Of a stretch of 64,000 bases of DNA, positions 62,801-64,000 are shown piece after piece. The stretch is from Vitrella brassicaformis CCMP3155 (lineage: Eukaryota; Protista; Chromerida). Within the stretch, counting starts at the first letter, position 1. Each line of letters opens with the position of its first letter. The notes beneath the pieces are model-generated. The model had not been told where the DNA came from and searched no databases. It was given only the letters and a program-made list of their open reading frames with translations. A program made the translations under genes and the position numbers. Location of the stretch: NCBI GenBank assembly GCA_001179505.1, contig CDMY01000273.1:62001-126000 (forward strand). The letters run 5' to 3'.

Positions 62801-64000
62801 GCTCATCTGCGACGCGCCCGCGACGCTGCGGCTCCTGCCGCCCGTCACCGATAGCGATAGAAAGGAATGGGTGAGTGAGCTAACACAGACAGGCACAGAG
62901 AGAGTCGTGGGTCGTGTCTGGTGGCTCATTTATGTGGTGTTGTGTGTGTGTGTGTGTGGATGGGTGTGCAGAGGTTGAAGAACGACGACGGTCGTGTGGA
63001 ATGGGAGGCGTGTTACGGCACCTGGTCGGTGGTGGCGAGCCAGCGCATGGACTACGAGGTCACCATGCGCCCGGGGCTGTTCGACCCGGCAGACGACGCA
63101 CTCGCACAGTTCTACGCCAAAACCAAGAGGTGAATGACCGCCTCCACAGGCATCCACGGACGAGTGTGTGTGTGTGAGTGGATGTGTGTGTGTCTGGATG
63201 TGCAGGTGTCTAGCGTACGTTGACCCGTTGGTGTGGCAGGAGTATGGCCATCACATCAAGGCCTACTTCGAGGCGCACAACATCGCAGCTCGGTTCGTAC
63301 CGTGCGCTGCACCGGAGGAGAACAAAAACCTTGAGGTACGCCTGAGATACAAACACACACAGAAGGCCCTTTGACACATTGTCCCATGTGTGTGCGCGTG
63401 TGTGTGTGTGTGTGTGTCAGTTGCTGGCTGCCGGTGCGCAAGCCATAGTCGATTTCGGTTTGGATCGTCGGCACGAGCCCGTGTTGGCCATCGGCGGCGG
63501 TGTGCTGATGGACGTGGTGAGTTTGCTGTCGTCTCTGTACAAGCGCAGGGTGCCCTTCATCCGCATCCCCACCACTCTCCTCGGCATCGTCGACGCGTCC
63601 ATCGGCGTCAAGACGGGCGTCAACTTCGGCAAAAACAAAAACATGCTCGGCACCTACACGCCGCCCAAGGCCGTTTACATCGACACGGCCTTCCTCCGCA
63701 CAGTTCCCGCACTCCACATCAGAAACGGACTCTGCGAGATCATGAAAATGGCGCTGGTGAAGGACTACAAGCTCTTCACACTCCTCGAGGTCAGTCGAGC
63801 GACCTTAGCACCCCACAGCCCCCCATGTCCGCGCCGTTGTCAATTGTGCTGGTTGTGTTCTCTCAGGAGTTCGGTGAGTCGCTGATTGAGACGCGTTTCG
63901 GCCATCTGAGTCACGGCGACTACCGCTCGTCGGAGCTCAAGGATCTCCGCGAGGTGGGCCAGGAGGTGATCCGCAGAGCCATCCACACGATGCTCGAGGA
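59892..64000 (+). CDS. Multi-domain sedoheptulose-7-phosphate cyclase (EEVS-like, DHQS superfamily) polyprotein with at least 3 tandem cyclase domains; runs off the window
   Basis: Per unit: W.V.A...YEV..LFD, EENKNL, RRHEPVLAIGGGVLMD, RIPTT.LGIVDAS, KTGVNF..NKN.LG, NGLCEIMK, MLEEL..NL.E, VDFGH and HGFAV..DMA. Units are joined in phase at RKEW|RLKNDDG with no stop. Confidence 0.9.
60657..60956. other. Assembly gap (300 N) inside the cyclase array
   Basis: Run of N. The flanks are the N-terminal half of unit 1 and a C-terminal piece identical to that of unit 2. Confidence 1.
60957..64000 (+). repeat. Tandem repeat, period 1740 bp, of the cyclase unit including introns
   Basis: 60957-62012 matches 62697-63752 except 4 substitutions (61740/63480, 61743/63483, 61837/63577, 61935/63675). 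Confidence 0.95.

Noticed and set aside
61232-64000. Calling the repeats shikimate DHQ synthase/AROM, LTRs or CRISPR
   Set aside because: The motifs are EEVS-type, no EPSP synthase domain follows, the repeats are intron-containing coding units, and there is no transposase, reverse transcriptase or spacer structure.

Overview
Gene-dense, intron-rich eukaryotic nuclear DNA, most likely the chromerid alga Vitrella brassicaformis or a close relative. This is inferred from bipartite plastid leaders, flagellar genes, lineage-specific families and microsatellite-rich short introns. About 25 protein-coding genes are present. Recognisable ones include a GT8 glycosyltransferase, UBA1, an LHC antenna protein, a THUMP RNA methyltransferase, REX4, a cyclin-Y-like protein, CFAP53, DRC5/TCTE1, succinyl-CoA ligase beta, uL16, plastid uL22, a PhyH dioxygenase, ALG9, CFAP300 and a DUF2470-DUF1995 plastid protein. 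There are two 300-N gaps. The most striking feature is at the right edge: one spliced reading frame chaining at least three sedoheptulose-7-phosphate cyclase (EEVS-like) domains head-to-tail with no stop between them, a 1740-bp period, mosaic homogenisation and altered active-site fingerprint residues. Other notable observations: introns bracketed by 5' (AC)n and 3' (GT)n repeats that could fold, near-universal head-to-head gene pairing with a recurrent TGCGAGC(T) motif, an inverted duplication creating a chimeric CFAP53-tail gene, and a duplicated non-coding block with H/ACA-like hairpins. All calls come from reading the sequence and recalling family motifs; no database search was run, and exon ends are approximate where stated.
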